DNA of 64,000 bases from Octopus vulgaris (lineage: Eukaryota), in the NCBI GenBank assembly GCA_951406725.2, contig OX597817.1, positions 94,860,001-94,924,000 of the forward strand. The letters run 5' to 3'. Shown here one piece after another: positions 28,511 through 42,192 of this stretch. The position numbers and the translations under genes are program-made. Each line of letters begins with the position of its first letter. The first letter of the stretch is position 1. The notes under the pieces were generated by a model, which saw only the letters and a program-made list of their open reading frames with translations, had not been told where the DNA came from and did no database searches.

Positions 28511-28552
<42 letters not shown>

Positions 28553-28965
28553 GTATGTATGTATGTATGTATGTATGTATGTATGCATTATGTATGTATG
28601 CATGCATGTATGTATGTATGTATGTATGTATGTATGTATGTATGTATGTATGTATGTACGTATGTATGTATGTATGTATGTATGTGTATATATTTGTGTG
28701 TCTGTGTTTGTCCCCCACAGCGCTTGACAACCGATGCTGGTGTGTTTATGCCCCCGTAACTTAGCAGTTCGGCAATAGAATCCGATAGACTAAGTACTAG
28801 CCGTACAAAGAATATGTCCTGGGCTTGATTTGTTCAACTAAAAACGGTGCTCCAGCATGGCCGCAGTCAAATGACTGAAATCAAAGAATGGGTATATGCT
28901 TATACCTGCGTATGTGTGTGTGCGTGCGTGAGTGACTATGAAGATATATGTATGTAGGTGTGTAC

Positions 28966-29018
<53 letters not shown>

Positions 29019-29125
29019 AATATTAGGGTAATAAGAATTATAGAAATTATTATTACCTGTGGCCTAGCACAGGCAACTAGTTTACATGCGAATCTAGTTG
29101 TGTGTATATTTGAAATCTAAAGGCT

Positions 29126-29192
29126 CCCTACTGACGAAAACTAGCCTCGGTGAATTTTTTTTACTGGAATGAGTTAGAAACAATGGTCTAGG
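29126..29192 (+). ncRNA. Type I hammerhead motif
   Basis: ccta CTGACGA aaact...agtta GAAA caatg GTC tagg; homologous to 35257-35326. Confidence 0.6.
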
Positions 29193-29344
29193 AACTAAAT
29201 TAGATGGTAAACGTTTTTAATTTTCAATCCTTTCGAGAATTTATCCATAATTAGTGGTTTGAGTTTTCTACTGCACTTTCTAGCACAAGGCTTTCCTATT
29301 TGGAAGCGTCTTAATGTGTTCTAATGTACACGATATTTTTATGA

Positions 29345-29382
<38 letters not shown>

Positions 29383-29519
29383 GGAGATGTACTTGCATAG
29401 CGAGTGACTTGATCTGAGATCGTGTGCTGGAACGAAAACAATTGCAGCGTGGAAGGTGTTTATAAGCCATTTAAGAAACACACAAAAACCGTTAGATTCA
29501 CTTCAACATTTAAATTTAA

Positions 29520-29570
29520 TTTGTCAAAATATTTTCGTCACTTTCAGACAGCGACCTGTTCACAGACAAA
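29520..29570 (-). ncRNA. Second copy of the G3-C8 variant hammerhead
   Basis: tttgtct GTGAACA G gtcgc...gtgac GAAA atat TT tgacaaa, in element 29381-29575 (reverse copy of 19499-19695). Confidence 0.65.
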
Positions 29571-29845
29571 ACTTCGTGATGCAGCACGAAGTTTCATTCC
29601 CTAACCAGACACGCTTATAACAACGTGTCATTCCCTAACCAGACACGCTTATAACAACTTTATGTACTGCTGTACCTGATGAGACCTAGACTGCAAAATG
29701 GATGCAACACAGCATGTTGAACGGAGTCCCACTCATAAGGAACAGTAGTAGGATGGTTGTACAAAATAAAGATTAAATACCAAAATCCATCTTATCGTTA
29801 CTTAATAAATTATTGTTGTTGTTGTGTTTGTTGTTGTTGTTGTTG

Positions 29846-29902
<57 letters not shown>

Positions 29903-29903
<1 letters not shown>

Positions 29904-30453
29904 GTGAGAGAGCAGTTCATGCCATCAAAGTGTAAAATATACGAAACCCACTATACCCATCATGACTACCCGTCTGATAAGGGTACATTAGGCACATGCA
30001 TCACAACCATATGTGCGCAACATGGTGATCTCATATCAAGATAAACAGCACATGACCCAGTTAGAATTTTCTTCTGGTCGAGTAACCCATCCCGCACAAG
30101 AAGTCCCTGAATAAGGGTTGTTTAAGGATGCTGAACGAAATACCCATGTTTCCAGAAGTGAATTAATCAAACCCCAAAGAATCCCTCTCAATACATGGCT
30201 ATGATGCTCCCCCACCACTTCTGCTCATGATCAGAGATGCACATATCGTCAGCCACTAAAGGACATGCTCAACTGGTTAAGGTCAGATAACTGACAAGCA
30301 AATCTGTGGTATTGAGCAGAATATTTGCTGTAGCCCATCTTTTATACCAAGACAAAACAATGTACATGATAACACTTCCAATCAGTGAAGATCAGAAGCC
30401 ACGAGAGCCACTGCCTGGTACTGCATCAGGGCATTTGTACTGCATCAGGGCAT
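29903..30453 (-). mobile_element. ~555-bp (TAA)n-embedded non-coding repeat, minus copy
   Basis: Reverse complement of 38087-38642; (TTA)n on both sides. Confidence 0.85.
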
Positions 30454-30469
30454 TTATTATTATTATTTA

Positions 30470-30552
<83 letters not shown>

Positions 30553-30589
30553 CATTATTATTATATGTGTATGTGTGTGTGTACTAATG

Positions 30590-32800
30590 TAGGTGTAATT
30601 CGTCCTTTAATTTAGAAGTTTTCAAAAACCATTTCTAATGTTTATTCTTTATATTTTGCTGGTAGTTTAAGTTTATAGGTGTAAAGTTTGCGAATATGTA
30701 AGTAATACTTGTATATGTAAGTAATACTTGTATATGAATTTATGAAAGAAGTCCCATAAAACTCATTAATTTAGATAAAAATGGAGAAGACAAATTGTTA
30801 AAATATGTAAGAGAATTTTAATTCATGCAGACGATCGTTTTGTACAGAGATATTAAAATAATAATGCAATTTCATGATTGAATTGAATTAAATTAATTTA
30901 ATGTAATTATATATATCAATTTACTCTTCAGTACAGGAGGTATAAACAAAATTTACAATCAACTTGAGAAAGGATATAGCAGAAGAATAGAATGTATGAG
31001 ATTCATATTATTATCCTTATGAGAAAGAGACGTGAGTCAAGTTAGATATTAACTATAACTAAAGGCTATAACGGTTATTTGAAAATATAAGTAAAGCGGA
31101 ATCAGAGACATTCCCTCTATAGATGAGCAAGAGATTAGAAATTTTAATTCCATATAAGTAGCGTAGGGAAAAATTGTGTTAGAAATGTCCAATGAGAAGG
31201 AAGTTAATTTTTAGGAGATACTTTATAAAGAGCTAATACTAGATAGCTAGTTAGTATGTATTAAATATAAGTAAAACAGAAAAATAGTTGTTGATATTAC
31301 AATTTAAATAGAAAATACTTGTTGTGGCTATGAAGATGAAAGAAGTGTAGTTGAAATACGGAAATAAATGTAGGAATACGAAGAAATAAATAAATCAATG
31401 TAGGGGAGATAAATGAGCTGGGAATGAAAGTAGTAAATAAATAAAAAGGTTTATTTTATTTATGTATTGATGCGTAAGGTTATACAGTAGCTGTGTTTTA
31501 GTATAAATAAAAATTTATTATGAAATAAAAAAAATCTAACTTAGTCTTATGTGAGAGGGCTATGCATTGGTAGTAGGGTAGTATTGATATCAATTATGTA
31601 GATAAGAAAAATACGAGTAGGAGGTTGCACATAAGTGTACAAAAATTTATACATAAGGTCAGAGAAAAAAAGAAAAATATCTTGTAAGGAGAAAAGTGTT
31701 TGTATATTTACTTGTATGTGAGTAGTGGCATATATGCACATTAGTATATATAGATATTGGAATTCTAGTTGTATGAGGTATACATAAAAAAAAGAAATAT
31801 CGTACAAAAATATACACGTACCGGTGCAAAGAGAGAAGAGGTACACACATATAGATATAAATACATACACATAATGAGTAGTATATATATATGTATGCGA
31901 AACATATGTATATACTCAAATACACACGTTCGTATTACAAATACATGTTAGTACCAACATATAGTATACAAACACAAAACAATAGATATACACACAAAGA
32001 TGACATATAAAATTCTTTCCTAGATATACACCCATGGTTGTAGACAAGTAAGATACAAAGAAGTACTATATGTGTATACATTTATGCATATATCAGCAGT
32101 AAAATATATGTAATTATTAGGTATAGTGACAAGTAACATAAACTAGTAATAGTTGGAATGAGTATGTTGAGGGGGTTACATGAACACATTATGCAAAATT
32201 TTATAGGTATATTACATACTAAGGAAAGATATAATTTCTTTTATCTAGACATATGGAGAGAAAAAGAGGTGTAGGGGAGATAGATAAGTCATAGCCCTAT
32301 ATATGGTGGGTCATGCAATTGTTAGATGGAAATGTAAAATAAAAAAAGTCAAAAGATGGCATAAGGTATATTGATGTAAAGGGGATGTAATGAGTAATTG
32401 TATTCCATACAAAAAGTTAATATATAGATATATTTTTAAAAAACTAATCTAAGCAAGAGGAGAGTGATGAATTATTTAAGATTGATGAATAGTAATTTGG
32501 TTGTGTTTACATGAGAAAACTTTTTTCATCCCTAGTATTAATCAAATTTCCATTCAATTATTATGTTATAGCTTTCTTCCAAACACAACCTACAAATTTT
32601 ATTATTATTATTATTATTATTTCTTAAGATAGGATTTTCCAAGAGATGGAGAAATCAGTATTGTTTCTTTTGAGGTGCCAAATTATTTTAGATAGACTTG
32701 TACTATTCCCTTTTATAGGGTCCCTTAAAGAAGATTTGTGATTATAAATTCTCGATTTAACTGAATTTTTCGTGCAACCCACGTATATATACAAACATAT
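30590..32800 (-). mobile_element. Penelope-like 3' fragment (GIY-YIG) with long AT-rich tail and decayed hammerhead
   Basis: YIYVGCTKNSVKSRIYNHKSSLRD...SLSKIIWHLK...ISWKILS at 32624-32790. Hammerhead remnant at 30826-30935: tgta CTGAAGA gta...tac AAAA cgatcg TC tgca (G12A). Left boundary approximate. Confidence 0.65.
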
Positions 32801-32823
32801 ATGCATATATATATACTTTTACT

Positions 32824-32858
<35 letters not shown>

Positions 32859-33048
32859 TTTCACTTTATTGCGGCCATGCTGAGGCCCCATCTTTAGCCG
32901 AACTCCAGGACTTATTGTTTGTAAGCCTAGTACTTATTCTATCGGTCTCTTTTGCCGAACCGCTAGATTACAGGGACATAAACACACCATCATCGATTGT
33001 CAAGCGATGGTAGGAGGACAAACACTTAACATTCAAATACACACACAT

Positions 33049-33111
<63 letters not shown>

Positions 33112-33115
<4 letters not shown>

Positions 33116-33769
33116 AGCACACAGAATTGTAGAATGAACATATATATTAATTAATCTATATAAGTACATTTAAAGAAATGATTGTTCCTGAAAACGCATT
33201 GAGATAAAAAAGGTCAAAATATATGATATATATATAAAACTATAAAATTATAAAACTGAGAAAATATGAGAAAATGTTGAATAAGAAGTCAAATACTAAA
33301 TCTGTTATAAATACGCAATACATATTATATAATCACAATATATATACACACAAAAGGCGCGAAACGCCTACATACGCGCATATGTTGATATATATATATT
33401 TTAATATAAATATGTATTGCAGTATTTATAACAGGTTTAATTTCTATATAATATGTCTTCATTAACGGCACAGGTATTTCCTCGATATAATTTTTATAAG
33501 TTTTATATATATATACATATATTTTTGACTTTTTTTTATCGCTCGAAGATTGACGTTTCTAAAGCCAAAAACAAGTCCTTTTTTAAAGTGTGTTTGTAAG
33601 TATAGATTGAATTAATATATATGTTCCATTCAGCAAAACTGCGATGAACCAAGAGAAACTCAGAGTAACAGATTTTGTTGATTTTCTGCTGCTTAAAATA
33701 AAGCATATTACTCTACCACTGGTATTTGAGTACTCTTTTTCCACCTTGTTTCACATTTATGTGTTTATC

Positions 33770-33770
<1 letters not shown>
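33112..33770 (+). mobile_element. Old fold-back element in (TA)n with hammerhead remnant
   Basis: Diverged inverted arms 33130-33255 / 33485-33630; remnant (C)CGATGA...GAAA ctcagag TA acagatttt at 33631-33680. Confidence 0.5.
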
Positions 33771-33806
<36 letters not shown>

Positions 33807-33925
33807 AAATCCACTCGGCTTTGGTCGGCCCGAGGTTATAATAGAAGGCACTTGCCAAAGGTACCATGCAGTGGGACTGAACCCGGAACCATGTGATTGG
33901 GAAGCAAGCTTCTTACCACACAGCC

Positions 33926-34000
<75 letters not shown>

Positions 34001-34482
34001 TGAGTGTATTTTACCTTGTTAACAATTAACACGGATAAATGAATGAATAGTTACCAGGGCAGCAAAAATCTCACAAGTAAAGATGTTGTAACTCCTTGTT
34101 TATAAAGGTTGAAACTTCGTATTTACGTTGAATATTTGAATAATATGAATAAAAAATGTCTTCTCTGCAATTCTGAGCTATTTTTCATTATTTTTTCTAA
34201 AAATACTCTAGTAAACACGGTTATAGAACGAGCATACAGATGTAAGCATTGGCAGAAACATACTTTTAGTGCATATAAGTAGTCTCTATCATTATATATA
34301 GTTTAGACTTTAATTTCCTTTATATTTAACATTCACTATTAATATCCCTACTCTTTCTGTTAGCTACTTATGACGTTATATCATATAACGTTTTTTTAAA
34401 CAATATTAATAGCGTTCTGTCTATCGCTATACGAATCCATCAATTTTTGCTAAAATGTCGTATTGACAAGTTTCGTTTTTTC

Positions 34483-34569
34483 ACTTTCCCGAAGAGAAGA
34501 TTGCATTGTTTATACCTTTTATTCTTTTGAATAAGTATCAGTGGAATTTTTGAAACATATGTAGAAAGT
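34483..34569 (+). ncRNA. Type I hammerhead motif, U4C core
   Basis: actttc CCGAAGA gaa...tttt GAAA catatg TA gaaagt; perfect 6-bp stem I, palindromic CATATG, GUA triplet. Confidence 0.65.
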
Positions 34570-34611
34570 AAAAATACTTGTTTAAACCTGCGTTAACTCC
34601 ATTTTTTATTC

Positions 34612-34659
<48 letters not shown>

Positions 34660-34674
34660 AAATATAATATAATA

Positions 34675-34955
34675 AAATATAAATTAGAGAAAAATCCACT
34701 ATTATGCAATTCAAACAATGATAGACATAAACCAAATCATAAGTATAAAATAAAATATATTTTAAAACATATAACCAGATCACAAAAAGTACAAAAATGA
34801 ATAAACAGTATGTAATAATTAATAGTTTATTCATTTTTGTACTTTTTGTGATCTGGTTATATGTTTTAAAATATATAATATTTTTTATTCATGATTTGGT
34901 TTATGTCTATCATTATTTTAATTGCATAATAATAGTTTTTCTCTAATTTATATAT
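34675..34955. repeat. AT-rich fold-back palindrome, arms about 130 bp, between TA tracts
   Basis: 34678-34807 is the diverged reverse complement of 34825-34952. Confidence 0.85.
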
Positions 34956-35030
34956 ATTATATATTTATATTGTGAAATTTGATTTCATACTAATTGAATT
35001 GTTATACTCTTTAAAAATATATATATATAT

Positions 35031-35546
35031 ATTTAAACATAATAAAATAGGGTAATAATAAATTATTATTACCAGTGGCCTAGCACAAAAAACGAATTAG
35101 TCATTAGACTATATATTATTCATATATAAATACAATAAGAGGCTTCCAAATAGGAAAGCGTTGTGCTAGAAAGAGCAGTAGAAATCTCAAAACCAACAAA
35201 AATGGATAAATTCACGAAAGGAATGAAAATTAAAAACGTTTACCATCTCAACTATTTCCCAGACAGCGGTTTCTAACTATTTCCAGCAAAAAAATACTCG
35301 CTGAAGGCCAGTTTTCTTCAGTGGGACAGCCTTTAGATTTCAGACATACAGGCCGCCAGATCCACACGTAGAACTAACGGTTTGTAAATCCTAACTTTTC
35401 AAACCACTGCGCAGACGCAAATTATACCCGGCGACAGAGAGGATGCCGGTAAAAATTTCGAACAAATTTATCAAACAATATTTAAACATAATAAAATAGG
35501 GTAATAATAAATTATTATTACCAGTGGCTTAGCACAAAAAACGAAT
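35031..35546 (-). mobile_element. Retrozyme-like partial tandem (unit about 449 bp) with one hammerhead
   Basis: 67-bp direct repeats at 35031-35097 and 35480-35546; homologous to 29020-29345. Confidence 0.72.
35257..35326 (-). ncRNA. Type I hammerhead ribozyme motif
   Basis: tccca CTGAAGA aaact...agtta GAAA ccgct GTC tggga; perfect stem I, GUC triplet. Confidence 0.68.
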
Positions 35547-36308
35547 GTTTGTTGTATCAAGAAGTAATGGCAGCCTATGAGAACGGGGGGAAAAACCTCC
35601 TCGTTGAATCAAAACTCCGGAAGAAAACCAAAACTTTCAGATAGGGACCGTCGGACGCTTGACGCGAATTGTTAGAAAGGCTCACAAAGGTACAGCTCCC
35701 AAAATTACTGCAGAGCTTAATAACCGCGTCGAGAACCCAGTTTCCACAAAAAGTGTTCGCTGGGAGCTTGCACAAAGCCGGATTTCACGGGAGGGCTGCA
35801 ATCAGAAAACCACTACTTTCAAAAACCAAACGTTGCAAAGCGTTTAGAGTGGAGTAAAAAAACCTACAGAATTAGTCCCTAGAGCAGTGGAATTGGTCCC
35901 TAGAGCATTTTATCAGATCAAATTCATCCTATAGTTGCAAAACTGTTTCCGGAAGGAAACGAAATCTTTCAGCTAAAGTTGTTACTGAATGACACGAGGA
36001 ACATTCTGGTGAAGTTGAACATCTTATGTGGCCACCACAGTCCACAGATCTCGATATTATTGAATATTTATCGTGCATTTTAGAAAAACAAGTAAGGAGT
36101 CGATATCCTCCACCATCATCACTACAAGTACTGGAGACTGTTTTAGCTGAAGAATGGACAAAAATTCCTTTGGAAACAATTCAAACTTTGTACAAGTCCA
36201 TACCTCTTAGAATCCAAGCAGTAATTAATGCCAAAGGCGATTCTACCCCATATTAAAATAAATTTGTTTTAAATTTTAAGGTGTTTCCATTACTTTGACC
36301 AACCCCTG
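35547..36308 (+). mobile_element. Tc1-like transposon remnant (same family as 20531-21783)
   Basis: GFHGRAAIRKPLLSK and WPPQSTDLDIIEYL; right TIR ends aacccctg|TA; internal deletions. Confidence 0.88.
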
Positions 36309-36359
36309 TATATATATATATATATATATACTTTATTGCAAAGCAGCAAACATATCACA

Positions 36360-36405
36360 AAAAGTGTTACTCAGAGTTTCACGTACCCGTTCGTCGGACA
36401 GTTTT
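36360..36405 (-). ncRNA. Compact type I hammerhead motif, U4C core
   Basis: aaaactgt CCGACGA acg-ggta-cgt GAAA ctctgag TA acactttt; 46 nt inside a ~80-bp insert between TA tracts. Confidence 0.68.
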
Positions 36406-37220
36406 GTTTATATATAATTTGATATATAATTTGGACAGGGAAGGTTTACTGAAACCCTTTTTGAAGTCGCGTTCTGTTCTCCATTGTCTAATATATATAT
36501 GCAATTATATATGTGTATATATGTGTGTGCTGTGTTTGCATGTATGTATACGTACTTACACATATATATATATACATATATATACACACAGACATATGCA
36601 TATGTATATATGTATGTATATAAATATATACATATATATAACATTGTTGTTGGATTAATAGAGTGACTGTGGTAAAACGCAGTTTGTTAGTCTCGGGCAT
36701 AAATATGCCCAAGAAAATTTAGTAATCAAGAATCACATACAGTTCGTTTCATACCGAGATTAGACAGAAAATTCCGATAAAATGACAGGCGATACAAATC
36801 ATATTTGCAATAAATAAAGCTCCGATCTATCCTTACAGCCCATCGAACTATTATCAGGTTCGATAAGAGGCTGAGACTAGAAACGACACAGTAAATAACT
36901 TCGTCATCATCCCTATGGGGTCTAGCAACCCTTCCAAGTTTAGAGACCTCGTGAAAATATACATTCTACATTGCCTACTTGCATGATAAGTTCACCCAAC
37001 TCACGGCCGTTTTTTATAAAGACGACGCTCTCCAACCATGGATGTAGCAACAGTGAGAATATAAATATAAATATAAACCACTTCAACCAGTATATTTACT
37101 CCGGGATTATTTTTGGTCGTATTCACACGTGGCTGAGATGAGCGGATTAGATTTAGCTTGTGGATGCATTATATTCGTATGGGCATGTATAAATGTTTAT
37201 AATTATGTACTTTGAGTTGT

Positions 37221-37273
37221 ACCATACTGAAGACGGTAAAGGAAGTTACCTAAACTAGAAATCGATCTATGGT
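37221..37273 (+). ncRNA. Minimal type I hammerhead ribozyme motif
   Basis: accata CTGAAGA cggt...acta GAAA tcga TC tatggt; perfect stem I, palindromic ATCGAT. Confidence 0.68.
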
Positions 37274-37536
37274 TAAACCATTTTTAAAAATCACTTTTCA
37301 TTTTACTCGCTTTCAGCCTGTGCTAATGTGGTAAATAATGTAGTTCTTAGAGTCATTTGGCGTCTATTTCTAGCATATGGCGCTACTCATTAGTGTCCTT
37401 ACTATTGTATAACTATATAGTTTGTATTAATTGTTACATATATGGTTTATAATTATAATTAAAATATAATTATAATACGTCTTGACTCCAGCGCCCTTAA
37501 TTATAATTATATTTTTATTATATACTTAATAATTAC

Positions 37537-37657
<121 letters not shown>

Positions 37658-37683
37658 TAGATAGATAGATAGATAGATAGATT

Positions 37684-37789
<106 letters not shown>

Positions 37790-37827
37790 GTTAAATTTGT
37801 GTATTTATAAATAAAAATCAAACAGAC

Positions 37828-37977
37828 CTGTAATGCAGTGATCCATGGAAAGAGTCTGTCATTGAGAAAAGATTTGGCACTTGCTATCCCAGATTTCCCG
37901 TTGTCACACGTGTTGTTTCCGTACATAAAAACATTGTGTTTCCTGCTATGGCCGTGTAAATCACAGTAAAGCATTAT
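37828..37977 (-). CDS. AGBL2: Cytosolic carboxypeptidase 2/3-like exon (DLHGHS, third zinc ligand)
   Basis: gactag / gtctgt, 50 codons: IMLYCDLHGHSRKHNVFMYGNN...RLFPWITALQ; phase 0 to 0. Confidence 0.93.
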
Positions 37978-38016
37978 CTAGTCGCAATGATAATAATAAT
38001 AATAATAATAATGATG

Positions 38017-38086
<70 letters not shown>

Positions 38087-38088
<2 letters not shown>

Positions 38089-38642
38089 GCCCTGATGCAG
38101 TACCAGGCAGTGGCTCTCATGGCTTCTGATCTTAACTGATTGGAAGTGTTATCATGTACATTGTTTTGTCTTGGTATAAAAGATGGGCTACAGCAAATAT
38201 TCTGCTCAATACCACAGATTTGCTTGTCAGTTGTTTGACCTTAACCAGTTGAGCATGTCTCTTAGTGGCTGACGATATGTGCATCTCTGATTACGAGCAG
38301 AAGTAGTGGGGGAGCATCATAGCCATGTGTTGAGAGGGATTGTTTGGGGTTTGAATAATTCACCTCTGGAAACATGGGTGGTTCTTTCAACCTCCTTAAA
38401 CAACCCTTATTCAGGGGCCTTTTGAGTGGGATGGGCTACTCGAACAGAAGAAAATTCTAACTGGGCCCCACCTGCAAGGTCATGTGCTGTTTATCTTGAT
38501 ATGAGATCACCATGTCGCGCACATATGGTTGTGATGCATGTGCCTGGTGTACCTTTATCAGACGGGTAGTCATGATGGGTATATTGGGCTTCGTATATTT
38601 TACCCCAGTGTCACTTTGATGGCATGCACTGCTCTCTCACTC
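38087..38642 (+). mobile_element. Full ~555-bp non-coding interspersed repeat inserted in (TAA)n
   Basis: At least five copies or fragments in the window (9130-9275, 11457-11887, 11973-12015, 12335-12638, 29903-30453); no ORF and no tRNA head seen. Confidence 0.85.
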
Positions 38643-38715
<73 letters not shown>

Positions 38716-38848
38716 CTGTATTCCTTGGGTATGTGCTGTGGTTTGGTTTGATGCTCTTATGGTTACTGTATTGAAAGTGTTTTGCGTAGGATGTGTGCAG
38801 TGCCAAGTAGTGCAATTTTCTGTATGTTATATATATTTGTACCAAGTC

Positions 38849-38911
<63 letters not shown>

Positions 38912-38913
<2 letters not shown>

Positions 38914-40995
38914 GACAGAAATGGGAAGCAATAGAAGTAGAAGAACTAAGTAGGATGACTCACAAATGGAAAACCCTAGGACTGAATTCTTAACTTCTGG
39001 CTAAATTGTCTGACAGAAGTACACCAAAATTTAGCTGCCTCCCTGACTGATGTCATCCAGAACCCAGAGCAAATACCTGCTTGGCTGACAGGAGGAACAA
39101 CATGCCTTCAACCAAAAACTGAAGACAACAAATTCAAAGAACTACCGACCAATAACATGTCTCAACACCACCTACAAGATCTTCACATCCATATTAACTG
39201 ACAGAATATACACTTTCCTTGAACAGAGATTTATCCTTCCACAAGCTCAAAAATACTGTAAAAGGAATTCTTATGGGAGCAAAAGTCAATTACTCAGGTA
39301 TGGGTTCAAAGTTTACAATACGACAATAAACCATCTGTTTTACATGGATGATATGAAGCTGTTTGCTAGAAATGCCGAAGAGCTAGTAGGGCTGCTAACA
39401 GCTGTTAAAGAATTCAGTAATAACATCAGGGTGGACTTCGACCTTAATAAATGTGGTAAAGCAACTTTTGTAAGAGGCAAGCTCGGGAAAACAGCTTCCA
39501 TTAAATTAGATACCGACACTACCATGAAGGAGCTTGACCCATAACAAATTTACAAATACCTGGGGATAAATGAAGGAGAACATGCTACTATGAAGGAAAA
39601 AATAAGAAAGGAATATTACAGGAGAATAAAACTCATACTAAAAATTGAACTCAACTCCAAAAATCGCATCGACCATTTCCACTTCCAGTAGTCCAATATA
39701 GTTTTAACATCATTACCTGAAATCTTACAGAGCTCTAGCGCTTCGTCAGGAAGACAAAAAATTTCTAAGAACATGCACCACCCAAAAGCAGATGTTGATC
39801 ACTTGTACCTACCTAGAAGTAATGGGGGTAAGAGGAACGATGCAGGTAGAACTGTACTATAAGACCTCCACAATAGCTGTGAACAGGTACTTATCTTGTA
39901 CAGAGGATTGGACGTTGCAACTCGTGTGCAAACACGGAAGCAGCAAAACATCACATTCTATTGTCAAGGAAGCTTGCAAATTCGCAAGGGAACTTGATAT
40001 TAACCCTAAAATAGTTGAAGAAACCACTGCCACCAAACAAGTAGACTGCAAAGAAGAACGAGCAGAAACAAATTGAGGAGCGGTGGAGCCAGAATCCTCT
40101 GCATGGACAGTATTTTCTTCGAAGTCGAAAAGCTGATGTAGATCAAGCAACAGCCCATCAGTGGCTGAGATGTTCAGGAGTGAAAGCAGAGTCTAAAGGC
40201 TTCAAAAGGCACAAAAAACTACCAGGCTCACAAAAAACTACCAGGCTAAAGTTTTTCAAAACGTTTCTGACCCTAAATGCAGATTCTGCGACACATTTGA
40301 CGAAACAATAGACCATCTCGTCTCGGAATGTCCTGTGCTGACACCAAATGAATACAAAAATCGCCACGATAGGGTAGGACAGTATTTACATTGGAAAATA
40401 TGTAAACACTAAAAATCAGTACTCCTGCTTACTGGTATGAACATCATCCTGAGCCAGTCATTGAAGGTAAAATATCAATATCCTCTGGGGGGTTTCCGGT
40501 CAACACTGACAAAACAATCCAGGCTAATCGACCAGACATAGTCATTAAAGACAGGGAAGAAAATAATTGTAGACTAATAGATTTAAGTGTTCCCACTGAT
40601 AAAAATATATCGGTAAAGGAATTTGACAAGTTAAGTAGATATGAGGAACTGGAAATTGAAATACAGAAGGTGTAGTATCTTAAAGCGAGAACTGTTATTG
40701 TAGGTACCCTAGGTATAATAAAAAAAAAAGGATGTTAGAAACATTTAGATAATATCCAAGGAAACCATGTCTCAAAGAAATCCAAAAGATTGTACTTACA
40801 AGTACTACCTACATCCTTATAAAAACCATATCTATTTAAATATCTGTGTTGTATTACATGAAGATATTTCGCTACTTCCCCTTCCCAAGCTTTCAGTCAT
40901 ACTGTAGCATATCTTATCCTTCACTCGCCCCAGAACGCTGGGTGTGTCCCAGCGAATGACTGTAACAAACATGCAGATTAAAAGTAAAAAATATA
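38912..40995 (+). mobile_element. Degenerate R4/Dong-like non-LTR retrotransposon
   Basis: YMDDMKLFA, YKYLGI, MHHPKADVDHLY, CRFC...ETIDHLVSEC, RHD and NRPDIVI, with many stops; (TAA)n downstream. Confidence 0.85.
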
Positions 40996-41032
40996 TAATA
41001 ATGATGATGATGATGATGATAATAATAATAAT

Positions 41033-41087
<55 letters not shown>

Positions 41088-41297
41088 GTTTCAAATTTTG
41101 GCATAAGGCCAATAATTTCGATAGAGGGGTAAGTCGATTACACCGACCCCAGTACTTAACTGGTACCTTTTTAATCGATCCTGAGAGGGGGAAGTAAAGT
41201 TGACCTCGGCGAAATTTAAACTCAGAACGTAAAGGCAGACGAATGCTGTTAAGCATCGAGCCCGAGTTGCTAGCGATTCTGCCAGCTCGCTGCTATA

Positions 41298-41398
<101 letters not shown>

Positions 41399-42192
41399 GT
41401 GACAGAGGATGGACGTATTTTTACGATGCTCTGAACTGGCAACAACGAACCCAGCAGGACAACTGCAAAAAACAACTGTAGAAAACTGGAAGATCTACTG
41501 TTTTCTGTGAATAATTTGAATTTCCCTCAAAATAAGTTTTAAAAACTTACACATCTACAGCTCATACAAACGTACACCTAACAAGAAAAATTAGAAACAT
41601 AAATATCTCCAATTCTGTGTGAACATTTACATTTAGTCGTCTCTCATAACTATAAGAATGTGTAAAATTGCCTTTTAAATTACCTTTTATTGTAACAACA
41701 CAATTAAATGCACGATAAAAAGTTATGGAATTAAGCACCTACTAATATATACATACAACTGAATTCAGAAATTTAAAAAATATATACATAACATTGAACT
41801 CAGAAAGTTTTTTTTTTTTTTTAAATCATCGACGTAAACATCAGATAATATATGTGAGTGAGTATACATATACATATACATATGTATGTGGAGAGAAGGA
41901 AAAGAGAAAGGAAAAGAAAAAAAATAAATAAATAAATAAATAAAATAAAATAAATAAATGTAAACAGGTTTGACCTTTTACTGACCATTAACGTCCTTTG
42001 TCTCCACCATCTGCCGAATATATTTATAGACCCAAAGAACATGAATTCTTTAACCAACCATTCTCCCACACAATGGAGTGTTGATGGTGGCTGTGGCTAC
42101 TCATAAAACAATGTCATTGATGATGATGATGGTGATGGTGATGTTGCTGATGATGGTGATGGTGGTGAAGGTGATAGTAATAACAATAATAA

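Noticed and set aside
29594-29658. ~34-bp tandem duplication (tcattccctaaccagacacgcttataacaac)
   Set aside because: Only two copies at a junction between repeats; a local slippage or junction duplication.
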